Source of the DNA: Candidatus Woesearchaeota archaeon
Lineage (GTDB): Archaea > Nanobdellota > Nanobdellia > SCGC-AAA011-G17 > GW2011-AR18
NCBI GenBank assembly: GCA_964359835.1
Contig: CAYHUT010000001.1
Location: 1 to 32,211 of the forward strand
DNA length: 32,211 bases
Direction: 5' to 3'
The position numbers and the translations under genes are program-made. The notes below the pieces were generated by a model that saw only the letters and a list, made by a program, of their open reading frames with translations, ran no database searches and was not told the DNA's origin. This document shows positions 8,577 to 17,791 of this stretch, piece by piece; within the stretch, counting starts at the first letter, position 1, and each line of letters begins with the position of its first letter.

Positions 8577-8789
8577 GTGCTAAATAATATAACGTTTTAT
8601 TTAATTTTGGGTAAACCTTTAATAATGTATCTGGGCATATTGACATTTCTTTCATTGATAACAACTGCAATAATAGGGTATTTTTTAAAAATAGGAAAAA
8701 TTAAAATTAAATATCATCTTCTCGCAGTAATAATCACAATTACATTGGCAATAATTCACGGTTTACTGGGGATATTATTATATTTTTAA
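8577..8789 (+). CDS. Hypothetical small membrane protein (2-3 TM)
   Basis: 70-aa ORF with a GTG start. Strongly hydrophobic segments. Lies 12 nt upstream of the flavoprotein gene on the same strand. Confidence 0.4.
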   Translation: MLNNITFYLILGKPLIMYLGILTFLSLITTAIIGYFLKIGKIKIKYHLLAVIITITLAIIHGLLGILLYF

Positions 8790-8801
8790 AGGCAGAACAA
8801 A

Positions 8802-9713
8802 ATGAAACATGAAATATATGATGAAAAGTGTAAAGGAAAAATCTGTTCTCTAAAAAACAAGCCAATTAAAATATTAGGAATTTCATCAGGAAAAAGAGAT
8901 ATGCATGCCTGTGCGCGTGAAGATCCTGTTAGTTTATTCTATTTGAAATTAGTTCTAGAAGAAATAAAAAAACAGGGTATAAATGTTGAATTAATAGATT
9001 TAAGATATTTAAAGATAAATCCTTGCAAGGAATGTTATAGCACCAATCCTGCACAATGCCGTTTTAATAAAAAAACAAATCAATGTGATTGTTATTCTTT
9101 TAAAGAAGATCATTTCTACAGCAAAGGTAAATTTATTAGCATGAAAGAAGCCTACGATAAATTAAATAAAGATGATTTTTTTAGGATTTATAATTCTGAA
9201 GGAGAATTTGCAGAAGGCGATGAAATGTGGAAAGTTTATAAAGCAATGTTAGAAGCCGATGGAATAATCTTTGCAACATCAACAGCATACTATTCAAGGC
9301 CAGCATTACTACAAACAATGTTTTCTCGTTTATGTGCTATTGATGGAGGGGTAGAAGAATTGTGTGGTGATGGAAAGAACCTTGGCAATTCAATTAAATA
9401 CTCAAAAAATCCAAATGCAAAATATAATCAAAGATTATATGGGAAATTCTGCGCATTCATAAATTGTAGCAAAGAAGGCGATTCAGTTACTCCTGATTTA
9501 TTAAAAGCATGCATAATGATGGGTATGAAAACCATTCCCCTGGGCATAGCTTATAGTGTAAATTGGTATGATGATCCGACAAACCGATTAGATACCCTAA
9601 AATCTAAACAAGATAAGTACACCCTATCATTAATTGAACATATGGCTAAAAAAATAGTAGAAGAAATAAAAAATTCTCCAAGAGTTTATGGGAAATACGC
9701 AAAAACAGTTTAA
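8802..9713 (+). CDS. Iron-sulfur-flavoprotein-like / NADPH-dependent FMN reductase family protein with a Cys-rich insertion
   Basis: 303 aa. Flavodoxin-like beta1 ILGISSGKRD, Isf-like Cys cluster NPCKECYSTNPAQCRF...CDC, and ADGIIFATSTAYYSRPALLQTMFSRL matching the FMN_red core. Confidence 0.55.
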   Translation: MKHEIYDEKCKGKICSLKNKPIKILGISSGKRDMHACAREDPVSLFYLKLVLEEIKKQGINVELIDLRYLKINPCKECYSTNPAQCRFNKKTNQCDCYSFKEDHFYSKGKFISMKEAYDKLNKDDFFRIYNSEGEFAEGDEMWKVYKAMLEADGIIFATSTAYYSRPALLQTMFSRLCAIDGGVEELCGDGKNLGNSIKYSKNPNAKYNQRLYGKFCAFINCSKEGDSVTPDLLKACIMMGMKTIPLGIAYSVNWYDDPTNRLDTLKSKQDKYTLSLIEHMAKKIVEEIKNSPRVYGKYAKTV

Positions 9714-10666
9714 ATCCAATCATTCTTATGAAAATAAAGATATAATGAAGTTACAGCAACAACCATAACTGCAAGAATCATAAAAAAACCATATTCCCAA
9801 ACCAATGCCGGCATAAATTTAAAGTTCATACCATAAAGACCTGCAATTAATGTGGGAACTAAAATTAAAGCGCCCCATGCACTTAATTTTTTCATAGTAA
9901 TATTAAGATTATTTGAAACATGTGACATGTAAGATTCTAAATTAGATGAAATTATCTCTCTGTATGTAGAAGACAAATCAGTTAATTCATTTAAATCAGA
10001 ATAAAGTCTTCTAAATTCAATCAAATCCTCTTTTTTCAATAAAGTTCCGAATTCGTTTTCAATTGAATAAACAACATCCCTATTGGCTAATAAAGATTTA
10101 TAAAAATAAATTAATATTTTTTTAATCTTGAAGATTTTGTTTAATACTCCCTTATCAGCATCTTTTGAAAAAATCTTAGCTTCAACATTATTAAGTTCAT
10201 CACTTATATTATCTAAATAGCTAAAATATTCTGAAAAAATCTCGTCCATGATGCGATATAAAAGATAAACTGGACCTTTCTTAAAACATTGAGTTAATTT
10301 TTCGTTAGTATAACTATTTATTTTATCAATTGAATTCAAATTTTGGCGATGAATTGTAATAAAATCATTTGTTTTTTTAGATAGTAAAGCAATCAGTGTT
10401 GATGTGGAAATCTTTTCATTTTCTAAGATGGGAACACTTATAACAACAACACTATAATCTTTAAGTTGAAAAAAAGTAGGTCTTCTATTATAATCTAAAT
10501 AATCCTTTAAATCACTAACAACTATTTGTGTTAAATTTGAAACTTTGTGCAAATCTAAATCATTGGGATTAATAATATCTAGCCACACAAAAATATTTTT
10601 TTTATTTAGATCAACAAAAGAACCTTCAACTACCTTATTGCCTAATAACCTCTTTATTTTAAACAT
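9710..10666 (-). CDS. corA: CorA-family Mg2+/Co2+ transporter
   Basis: 318 aa. YGMNF signature between two C-terminal TM helices, with a long soluble N-terminal domain. Confidence 0.9.
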   Translation of the reverse strand: MFKIKRLLGNKVVEGSFVDLNKKNIFVWLDIINPNDLDLHKVSNLTQIVVSDLKDYLDYNRRPTFFQLKDYSVVVISVPILENEKISTSTLIALLSKKTNDFITIHRQNLNSIDKINSYTNEKLTQCFKKGPVYLLYRIMDEIFSEYFSYLDNISDELNNVEAKIFSKDADKGVLNKIFKIKKILIYFYKSLLANRDVVYSIENEFGTLLKKEDLIEFRRLYSDLNELTDLSSTYREIISSNLESYMSHVSNNLNITMKKLSAWGALILVPTLIAGLYGMNFKFMPALVWEYGFFMILAVMVVAVTSLYLYFHKNDWI

Positions 10667-10710
10667 GCTATAATCTATAAATACCTATATAAAAACATTT
10701 GGATTATAAC

Positions 10711-13700
10711 TTAACCAAACCATTTCCCCAAACCTTCTTGTTTATCATCATCCTTTCCAAATACTAACTCAATTCTTTGTTTAGTTAAATCTAAAGTTTG
10801 TTTTAAGTATTCAGGTAAATGATATTTCTCAGCTAAACTAATACTAGGTGCTAGGTATTTTACAACAGACCCTTCAGATATAGTAAACAATATTTTACCA
10901 TTGCATTTTGAACAAATACCTTTTAGGGGTGGTCTCCTAAATTTCTCATTACAATCAACACATCTAAATTGTTGCATTGAAAATTTTCTTAAATTGCCTT
11001 TAATATCTTTCATGAAATGCCTTTCAATAATTAATCTAGCAACATCATTTTCATCAACACATCTTAAAATCTCTGCTATTTTCATCTGTCCAAAAACTTT
11101 ATCTTCCATAGTGGGTATTAATTTATACTGACTGCAAATAACACCCATATTAATATCAGTAGTATTATGTGTAAAACCAAAACCTTCATACTGTTTATCA
11201 GTACTTAAAACCTGTTTAATTGTTAGCATCTTAAATTCATATGCTGGTTTATATTCCATACAAGCCTCATAAAATTCCAAGGGATATTCCCAAACAATAT
11301 CCATATCAAAAACCATGTCATCTACTTCTTTAGGAACAAGTAATGAAGTTAAAACAAGTGGTTCATCCTGCGTAGCACCCCTATGATTACTTAACATCTC
11401 TCTTGAAAAATTTAAAAATGCATCTAACACCAACATTACCCCCGCCTCATCACCATCAGTGTCTCTCCTCATAATACTATGCAGATAGGGGTGTGCAAAC
11501 ATACCTTGTGTTTTTGAAAAACCTACAATCCTACAAACAATTCCGGCAGCAGTATGTGGACTTAACCCAATTAATAAATGTCCAACTAAATCTTCTCTTG
11601 TTTTAATGTTATAATATCTTGGCAATTCATACAAATTTTCAAGTAAATCATCAATAAAATTGGCAACATTTGTTAAAACCTTATCCGCACCTTCATCAGG
11701 GGATTCAGGACAAGCAGGCAAAATTAAATCTTGACATCTTAATTCAATAATCTGTTCATCATTAATTAATTCCTTGCCATAAGTATCATGGGTATAGCCT
11801 ATTAATTTTAATTTAGCAATAGAAGTCTCAACCTCTTTAGGCTTAAAATGAGTGATTGCTAATTCAGTCATATCATATCTTGTTGTGCCATCTTTGTTAA
11901 CATAGACATTATTTGCCGCCCTCAATATACCTTTAACAAGATGTTCAGGGATATGGTCTTTATTTGATGTTCCGCGAACACCTTTAATCATCTCGGGAAT
12001 ATTCCTAACTTTGGATTTTTTAACAGCACTATTAAAATATTCATTAATATCAATTACACTATCCTTGTAAGTTTTTGCATCATGTTCACATTTTTCATCA
12101 ATTTCACCGCAAGATTTACAAAAATATTTTTGTTTAGCCATCGAATCACACCTATGGCATTTTCTATAGATTGTTTCTTTTTTACAGCTTTCACAATAAA
12201 AGAAAGGGAACTGTCCAGTGATTTTTCCAGTATTAATTGCTGTTTGGAAACATCTTAATCTTCCTCCTTCTTTTCCAACAGGAAATAAAATATGGGGGGT
12301 TCCAATTAACTTCCTCATCTTTGCCTTCTCAGGTCTGCCCATCCTAGCACCAATAAATAAACCAGATTTATCTCTTAACAAAACCTCAGAAACACAATTA
12401 ATTATATCAATTGTTTTTTTATTATCCTCAATTTTACAAATGCAAGTGTCATAACTAAAATTCCTTGAATAAAAACCTAAGCCAATTCTGAATGCATCCG
12501 CCCAGTCCCCTTCAATTAAAACATATTCATTGCTAACAACCCTATGTGGGCAGCCTATTAATTCTAGAACTCTTTTTGGATCTTCTTCTTTTAAATCTTT
12601 GTTCAAATCAATAACAAAGGGAATTATAACATTTCCATCTTTTACAACCATATGATTAATCCAATCTAATAGAGCAACTATTTGTTTGTTATTTAGATCT
12701 CCCCAATGATAAGTATATCTTGGATGAAGAGGGATATTATATTTTTTAGATAAATTATAAGCATCTTTACAACTTAATAGGTGTTTTAATATATCTCCGC
12801 CAACTAAAACCTTTATTTCTTCTTTAGATAAACCACTTGCTTTTTGTAATTCTAAAACCCACCATTCTTCACAATAACCAGGTGGAACAAGAATATGGCC
12901 CCTATTTAAAAAATCACCATAATTTATTAAAATGTCTCCTAAAAAAATAATCTCTTCCATCTCTAAAACTGCTTCTTTAGCTTTTTCAATAGAATCAACA
13001 AAAATTACACTTCCGTTTTTCAATTTTACAATAGGGCCTTCAATTGAATCACAAGTAGTTATTGTAGTTGCTTTTCCAGGTCTTTCCATTTTTAGTTGGG
13101 TTCCTATTGCAATATAATTATTTAAAATAAAAAGTGTAGCAGGATTAACTGCATCACTTGAAAATCCCGAAGTACGTGCCCTGCCAAATCTTAATCTAAA
13201 CGCTCCAGTCCTCATAGGATAGCCTAAAACAGGCCTTCCCGCAACCATATCTTTTATGAAAGTATAGTCTGGAGAAACCTTAACAGAACTATCTTTTTTT
13301 ACCTTTCCGTGTGCTTTAACCTCTTTCTGTAATTTTACAAACTCTTCTAAAAAAATCCAATGGTCCATTCCAAAATCTTTATACCATTTCTGGAATTTAC
13401 CCCAAAACTTTGCAAACTTCTGGCTTAAACCTTCAGCCATAACCAGGCAAAAACCATTCCTAAGTTTATTTGTTTCAATTCGGGGTGCATCTTTATAGTT
13501 GGGAACCTCTATTTTCTCGCTTGCATCGCCATCTATCTGCAAGGGTAAATGTCTTGTTAAAAACTCAGATTCTTTGCTAGAAGGTAAATACTGTAAATTA
13601 GTAATTCTTTCATGAAAATATTCTAATTCGCAGGGAGTTCTTTTAATTTCTAGTTCGGTGGGATCATAAACATCATAACCAAATCTCATCCTTATATAAT

Positions 13701-14217
13701 CACATAATGCTACAAAAATACAAGTAGCAGTAGTTCCCGCACTTCTAATTGGTCCCCCAAAAAATAAACAAAAATATTCCTTTCCATCAGCCCTCTTCTT
13801 CAACTCCAATTTTACAAAACCCTCTAATGGTGAAGAAACTACACCATTGGTGATATAAGCAAGACCAGTACGCAAGGCAACTTCCATTGCCTCTTTTTTA
13901 TCAGTAAATTTACAATATTTTTCATTAGCTACCTCTTCGGCAATTAAAAAAGCAATTCTCCAATCTTGTGAACCATATTTATCTTCTAATTCAATAATTC
14001 CCTGACTCAAACCAGAATTTTTAATCTGCGGTGCTACAATAGAAATTAATCCCTCAACTCTTTCAGCCATATTTGTTGCTAAAGGAATACTAACTTTGTC
14101 AATAGGATCAAAACCTTTAGCTCTTGCTTTGCCAGCTAAGCCATAGACCCTCTGAACTTCAGATTCTATCAAAGAAAAATATTCCTTCATTTTTTCAGAA
14201 GCTTCTACGTCAGTCAT
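10711..14217 (-). CDS. polC: DNA polymerase II (PolD) large subunit DP2
   Basis: 1168 aa from the ATG at 14217. The track ORF runs to 14340, but that extension lies inside polB. Cys clusters CESCKK..CHRC..CKSC and CVDCNEKF..CSKC and the overall length fit DP2. No intein-sized insertion. The start ATG overlaps the polB TGA. Confidence 0.93.
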   Translation of the reverse strand: MTDVEASEKMKEYFSLIESEVQRVYGLAGKARAKGFDPIDKVSIPLATNMAERVEGLISIVAPQIKNSGLSQGIIELEDKYGSQDWRIAFLIAEEVANEKYCKFTDKKEAMEVALRTGLAYITNGVVSSPLEGFVKLELKKRADGKEYFCLFFGGPIRSAGTTATCIFVALCDYIRMRFGYDVYDPTELEIKRTPCELEYFHERITNLQYLPSSKESEFLTRHLPLQIDGDASEKIEVPNYKDAPRIETNKLRNGFCLVMAEGLSQKFAKFWGKFQKWYKDFGMDHWIFLEEFVKLQKEVKAHGKVKKDSSVKVSPDYTFIKDMVAGRPVLGYPMRTGAFRLRFGRARTSGFSSDAVNPATLFILNNYIAIGTQLKMERPGKATTITTCDSIEGPIVKLKNGSVIFVDSIEKAKEAVLEMEEIIFLGDILINYGDFLNRGHILVPPGYCEEWWVLELQKASGLSKEEIKVLVGGDILKHLLSCKDAYNLSKKYNIPLHPRYTYHWGDLNNKQIVALLDWINHMVVKDGNVIIPFVIDLNKDLKEEDPKRVLELIGCPHRVVSNEYVLIEGDWADAFRIGLGFYSRNFSYDTCICKIEDNKKTIDIINCVSEVLLRDKSGLFIGARMGRPEKAKMRKLIGTPHILFPVGKEGGRLRCFQTAINTGKITGQFPFFYCESCKKETIYRKCHRCDSMAKQKYFCKSCGEIDEKCEHDAKTYKDSVIDINEYFNSAVKKSKVRNIPEMIKGVRGTSNKDHIPEHLVKGILRAANNVYVNKDGTTRYDMTELAITHFKPKEVETSIAKLKLIGYTHDTYGKELINDEQIIELRCQDLILPACPESPDEGADKVLTNVANFIDDLLENLYELPRYYNIKTREDLVGHLLIGLSPHTAAGIVCRIVGFSKTQGMFAHPYLHSIMRRDTDGDEAGVMLVLDAFLNFSREMLSNHRGATQDEPLVLTSLLVPKEVDDMVFDMDIVWEYPLEFYEACMEYKPAYEFKMLTIKQVLSTDKQYEGFGFTHNTTDINMGVICSQYKLIPTMEDKVFGQMKIAEILRCVDENDVARLIIERHFMKDIKGNLRKFSMQQFRCVDCNEKFRRPPLKGICSKCNGKILFTISEGSVVKYLAPSISLAEKYHLPEYLKQTLDLTKQRIELVFGKDDDKQEGLGKWFG

Positions 14218-15863
14218 TCTCCCTCGCTCCTGAAATTCATTATTCTTACTTCTCTTGTTTTTAAATTTATAATTGGAATTTTTCCAGGATGTGGAACAAT
14301 TCCTCTCTTTTCCTGATCTTCTGTTTGAGTAACCCAACAAGAACTATTAATTAAGTTAATATTTTTATAACTAGCAACAGTAATTTGATGTATATGTCCC
14401 GAAACAAAAATATCTGGAACCTTGTCAATAACAAGTGAATCAATTTTAGGATCGGGAATATACAATGAAGAACCGTGGGTAGGTGCGAGGTGTCTTTTTT
14501 GCAATAAAGTTTTCATAATTAAATCACATCTCGCCAGCCCCCCTTTAGATCTAACAAAGGGTAAACAATCCGCATAATAAGGGAAGCTAAAACCGTGATA
14601 CATCAAAACATCAAACCCTGGAAAACTTGCAGATGAATGAATATTAATAGTTGCAGGATTGCTAACAATTATTAAATTTGGAAGAGTGGTAAGTGCCGCC
14701 GCATATTTCAAATCAAAAACAGGCTGCGGTTCTGCTAATCGCATTGCATCATGATTCCCTCCGCAGATAATCACTTTAATTCTTTCGGGAATCATCGCAA
14801 GATATCTTGTTAATTCTTCATACTGCCTATAAACACCATCTATATTCAAATCTTTTTCCTGCCCTGGATAAATACCTACACCCTCTACTAAATCCCCCGC
14901 AATGAAAAGATAACCAATTTTAGAAGCAATCTCTCTTTGATTATCATTTCCAAACTCGCCCCTAAGCCATTTGATGAATTTCATAAAATCATCTGCCAAA
15001 AAATATTTTAAACCAATATGAAGATCACCAGTAAAAACAGCATATACTTCATCTGGACTTTTTTTTAGTTCATGATATGTAGGTATTTCTGGAAAAAATA
15101 AACTATTAACAAAAACAACCTTATCTTTGTAGAAACCAATTATTCCAATTACCTCATCCTGAACAAGAGCGCTACATAATTCAAACAATTCAGGTTTACT
15201 TTTGGTTATAATTACACTTATAATTCCCGTCGGATCTTCCAACTTCAGGATTATATTCCCATTCTTTGTCTCAGACTTTTCTAAAATCAACCCAATTAAA
15301 GCTGCCTGTTCATTATCTGTTTTTTTTAAAAGCCTGTTAATTGAAATAGCGCCTTGTAATTCCGTTCTCTGCAGCAAAATATTTTTTATAGATTCATATC
15401 TTGATTTAAAATAACCAACAAAATCTTGTACTGAATTTGATTTTTTATCATCTTTATAAGATTTTAAAACAACAACATTATACATTGATTCTTCTTTTTG
15501 CGGAATAACACTTTTTTCAATCTCGGGTTCCTTATAAATTTCATCCATTATCTTTTTTTTATCATCATCTAAATTATAATTCATAATATCTAAAAAAGTA
15601 TTATAAACCATGGAATCTCGACCCTTTTCCATCTCAACCCTAGACTTTTCAAACTCCTGCCAGTTAATTCCTTCTTGTTTTTCTTCAGAATTTAACAATA
15701 AAAACAAATCATTATTTAAAACAACAGGACCATTTTCAGTTATCTTTTTTGTTTTTGTTACAAAAGCTTCGACATCAAAAGTTTCTGGAATTAAATTTAA
15801 AAAATCCGGACTAACTAAAAAGTTATTTTCCATTAATGTCTTTACAACAAAAGCCTTCTCCAT
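14214..15863 (-). CDS. polB: DNA polymerase II (PolD) small subunit DP1 (Mre11-like phosphoesterase fold)
   Basis: 549 aa from the ATG at 15863, which is preceded by GGGGA. A GTG at 15872 is an alternative start. Calcineurin-like phosphoesterase motifs GDLHIG, GGNHD and SGHIH. Confidence 0.92.
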   Translation of the reverse strand: MEKAFVVKTLMENNFLVSPDFLNLIPETFDVEAFVTKTKKITENGPVVLNNDLFLLLNSEEKQEGINWQEFEKSRVEMEKGRDSMVYNTFLDIMNYNLDDDKKKIMDEIYKEPEIEKSVIPQKEESMYNVVVLKSYKDDKKSNSVQDFVGYFKSRYESIKNILLQRTELQGAISINRLLKKTDNEQAALIGLILEKSETKNGNIILKLEDPTGIISVIITKSKPELFELCSALVQDEVIGIIGFYKDKVVFVNSLFFPEIPTYHELKKSPDEVYAVFTGDLHIGLKYFLADDFMKFIKWLRGEFGNDNQREIASKIGYLFIAGDLVEGVGIYPGQEKDLNIDGVYRQYEELTRYLAMIPERIKVIICGGNHDAMRLAEPQPVFDLKYAAALTTLPNLIIVSNPATINIHSSASFPGFDVLMYHGFSFPYYADCLPFVRSKGGLARCDLIMKTLLQKRHLAPTHGSSLYIPDPKIDSLVIDKVPDIFVSGHIHQITVASYKNINLINSSCWVTQTEDQEKRGIVPHPGKIPIINLKTREVRIMNFRSEGE

Positions 15864-15881
15864 TTTCCCCACAATAAAAAA

Positions 15882-17084
15882 TTATAAATTAAGACCTTCT
15901 TTTAATGTCTGTTTAATAATTGGAACAGTTGAACCGGGTATTGCCAAAGTTATCTCTCTTGTTCTACCATATCTTCCTTTTGAAACAACCTTTGCATTGA
16001 TCATCCCCATCATATCTAATTCTGCAATAATATCAGATATTCTTCTTTGTGTAAGGGGTTTCAATCCAACTTTAGCTGATAAATCTTTATAAACTTCAAA
16101 AATATCCCCAGTAAATATCTGGTTATTTCCTTTTTCAGTCAATAAAAATATTGAAAAAAGAGTCAATTGAAATTGTTTTGGTTGAGTATTAACAACATCA
16201 AAAACCTTGTCCCGTTCTATTTTATCTTCAGCTTCATCAATATCTTCCATTTCAACAAGTTTTTTGTTTTTTCTTTCAGCCAATTCACCTGCCACCCTCA
16301 TTAATTCAATGGCTCTTCTTGCATCGCCATGTTCTCTAGCAGCATAAGCTGCACATTTTTCAATAACACCGACCTGAATAACCCCTTCAGAAAAACTTTC
16401 TTTACACCTTTGTAATAAGATATCCTTTATTTGCAAGGCATCATAAGGTGGAAAAACCAATTCTTCCTCACTTAATGAACTTTTAATTCTAGGATCAACA
16501 TTATCCATAAATAATAAATCATTGGATATACCTATAATTGTCAACTCTGAATTTTTTAATTCTGAATTAATTCTTGTTAAATTATATAAAATTTCATCGC
16601 CTGCTTTTTTTACTAGCTGATCAATTTCATCTAAAATTAAAACAACTAATTTTTTTTCACTATCAATATGTCTTAAAAATATTTTATAAACCTCATCTGT
16701 TGGCAACCCCGTCGCAGGTATTTGTTCTCCCATCTCTCTATAAATTTGAGCTATCATTCTATATTCAGTATCTGCTACTCTTTTCAATTTACAATTTAAA
16801 TATACAAAAACAATGGGTAAATTTTTTTCTTTGGCTATTTTATTAATTTCATCACTAACATGTTTTGTTACTAAAGTCTTGCCAGTTCCGGTTTTACCAT
16901 ATAAAAATAAATTAGAAGGCTTTTCCATTCTTAAACATGGAGAAAGAATACTTGCAACATATTTAATTTGTTCATCTCTATGTTGAATATCCTGCGGTGT
17001 AAAATTATTTTGTAAAACTTTTTTATTAATTATTAACGGATTCTTATCTAAATAAGTATTAAAATATCCTTTCAAATCAACCAT
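15882..17084 (-). CDS. cdc6: Orc1/Cdc6 replication initiator
   Basis: 400 aa. Walker A GKTGTGKT, Walker B LILDEID, C-terminal winged-helix region. Lies directly next to the AT-rich ORB-flanked region. Confidence 0.93.
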   Translation of the reverse strand: MVDLKGYFNTYLDKNPLIINKKVLQNNFTPQDIQHRDEQIKYVASILSPCLRMEKPSNLFLYGKTGTGKTLVTKHVSDEINKIAKEKNLPIVFVYLNCKLKRVADTEYRMIAQIYREMGEQIPATGLPTDEVYKIFLRHIDSEKKLVVLILDEIDQLVKKAGDEILYNLTRINSELKNSELTIIGISNDLLFMDNVDPRIKSSLSEEELVFPPYDALQIKDILLQRCKESFSEGVIQVGVIEKCAAYAAREHGDARRAIELMRVAGELAERKNKKLVEMEDIDEAEDKIERDKVFDVVNTQPKQFQLTLFSIFLLTEKGNNQIFTGDIFEVYKDLSAKVGLKPLTQRRISDIIAELDMMGMINAKVVSKGRYGRTREITLAIPGSTVPIIKQTLKEGLNL

Positions 17085-17133
17085 TTTTTTACCTTCTTTT
17101 CCCTATTTTATTAGATATTAACAAAAAAGTTAA

Positions 17134-17160
17134 CACCCACACCTATATTTCGTGTGGAAC
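17134..17160 (-). promoter_or_regulatory. ORB-like origin recognition box 1
   Basis: Minus strand reads GTTCCACACGAAATATAGGTGTGGGTG. The TTCCA...GAAA core followed by a G-rich string is the layout of archaeal ORB elements. Confidence 0.6.
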
Positions 17161-17724
17161 TTCTTTTTAACCATTTCGCTTCTATTTCACATTTAATTAG
17201 ATAACTATATCCAAATCTTAATTTAAAAGAAATTAGATGAAAATAATTAAAATAAAAATAAAAAATTAATATATTTTAAAGATAAAACAACAAAAGAATA
17301 AAAAATAAAAATAAATTAATATTTTTAATATAGCTATTAGAAAAGATATAATTTATTAATTAATATATTATATATAATATAAATAATATAGTATATAATA
17401 TATATAATATACTATAGAAAAATTTATAATATAAAAAATTAAAAACTCAAAATTTGACAATACAAAAATTAAAAAAAAACCAAAAAGCTCAAAATTTTAA
17501 TATTTATTATATCTTTTATTTACTTTTTTAATATTTATTATTAATATAATATAAATTAAATATATAATTAATTAATATAAATTGCCACTTATTTTAAATA
17601 ATATTAAAATATCTTTAATTTATTATTAATATTTATTTTATAAAAATAAAACAACAAAAACTAAATTTAATACAAAAAAACTTCAAAACAAACCCCCTTT
17701 TTATAATATTCCATATGCAATCAA

Positions 17725-17752
17725 GGTGGGAGGGTCCACACGAACTAAAGGT
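17725..17752 (+). promoter_or_regulatory. ORB-like origin recognition box 2, inverted relative to box 1
   Basis: GGTCCACACGAACTAAAGGT (17733-17752) matches the reverse complement of 17141-17160 at 17 of 20 positions by hand alignment. A G-run GGTGGGAGGG abuts it at 17725-17734. Confidence 0.6.
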
Positions 17753-17791
17753 TCATTTTTAATATATTTTTAACAAAAACCAGTAAATTAT

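Larger units (their letters stand above)
17085..17760. other. Candidate chromosomal replication origin (oriC): an almost pure A+T unwinding region bounded by inverted ORB-like boxes
   Basis: Position immediately upstream of orc1/cdc6. Roughly 17165-17700 is nearly all A/T by eye. Inverted boxes at 17141-17160 and 17733-17752. Flanking genes are transcribed away from it on both sides. Confidence 0.75.

Noticed and set aside
10901-13117. Three plus-strand ORFs (10901-11131, 12218-12454, 12932-13117) inside polC
   Set aside because: They are antisense to a confidently identified 1168-aa gene.
14218-14340. N-terminal 41 codons of the polC track ORF
   Set aside because: They lie entirely within the polB coding sequence. 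The ATGA overlap at 14214-14217 gives a canonical coupled start, and the MTDVEASEKMKEYF start is more plausible.
15202-16846. Plus-strand ORFs 15202-15414, 15610-16092 and 16574-16846
   Set aside because: They are antisense to polB and orc1/cdc6 and have no motifs.
17387-17416. 10-bp-arm palindrome TATAGTATAT...ATATACTATA and other A/T palindromes inside the unwinding region
   Set aside because: In a stretch that is nearly 100% A/T, such palindromes are expected by chance. I treat them only as part of the DUE.
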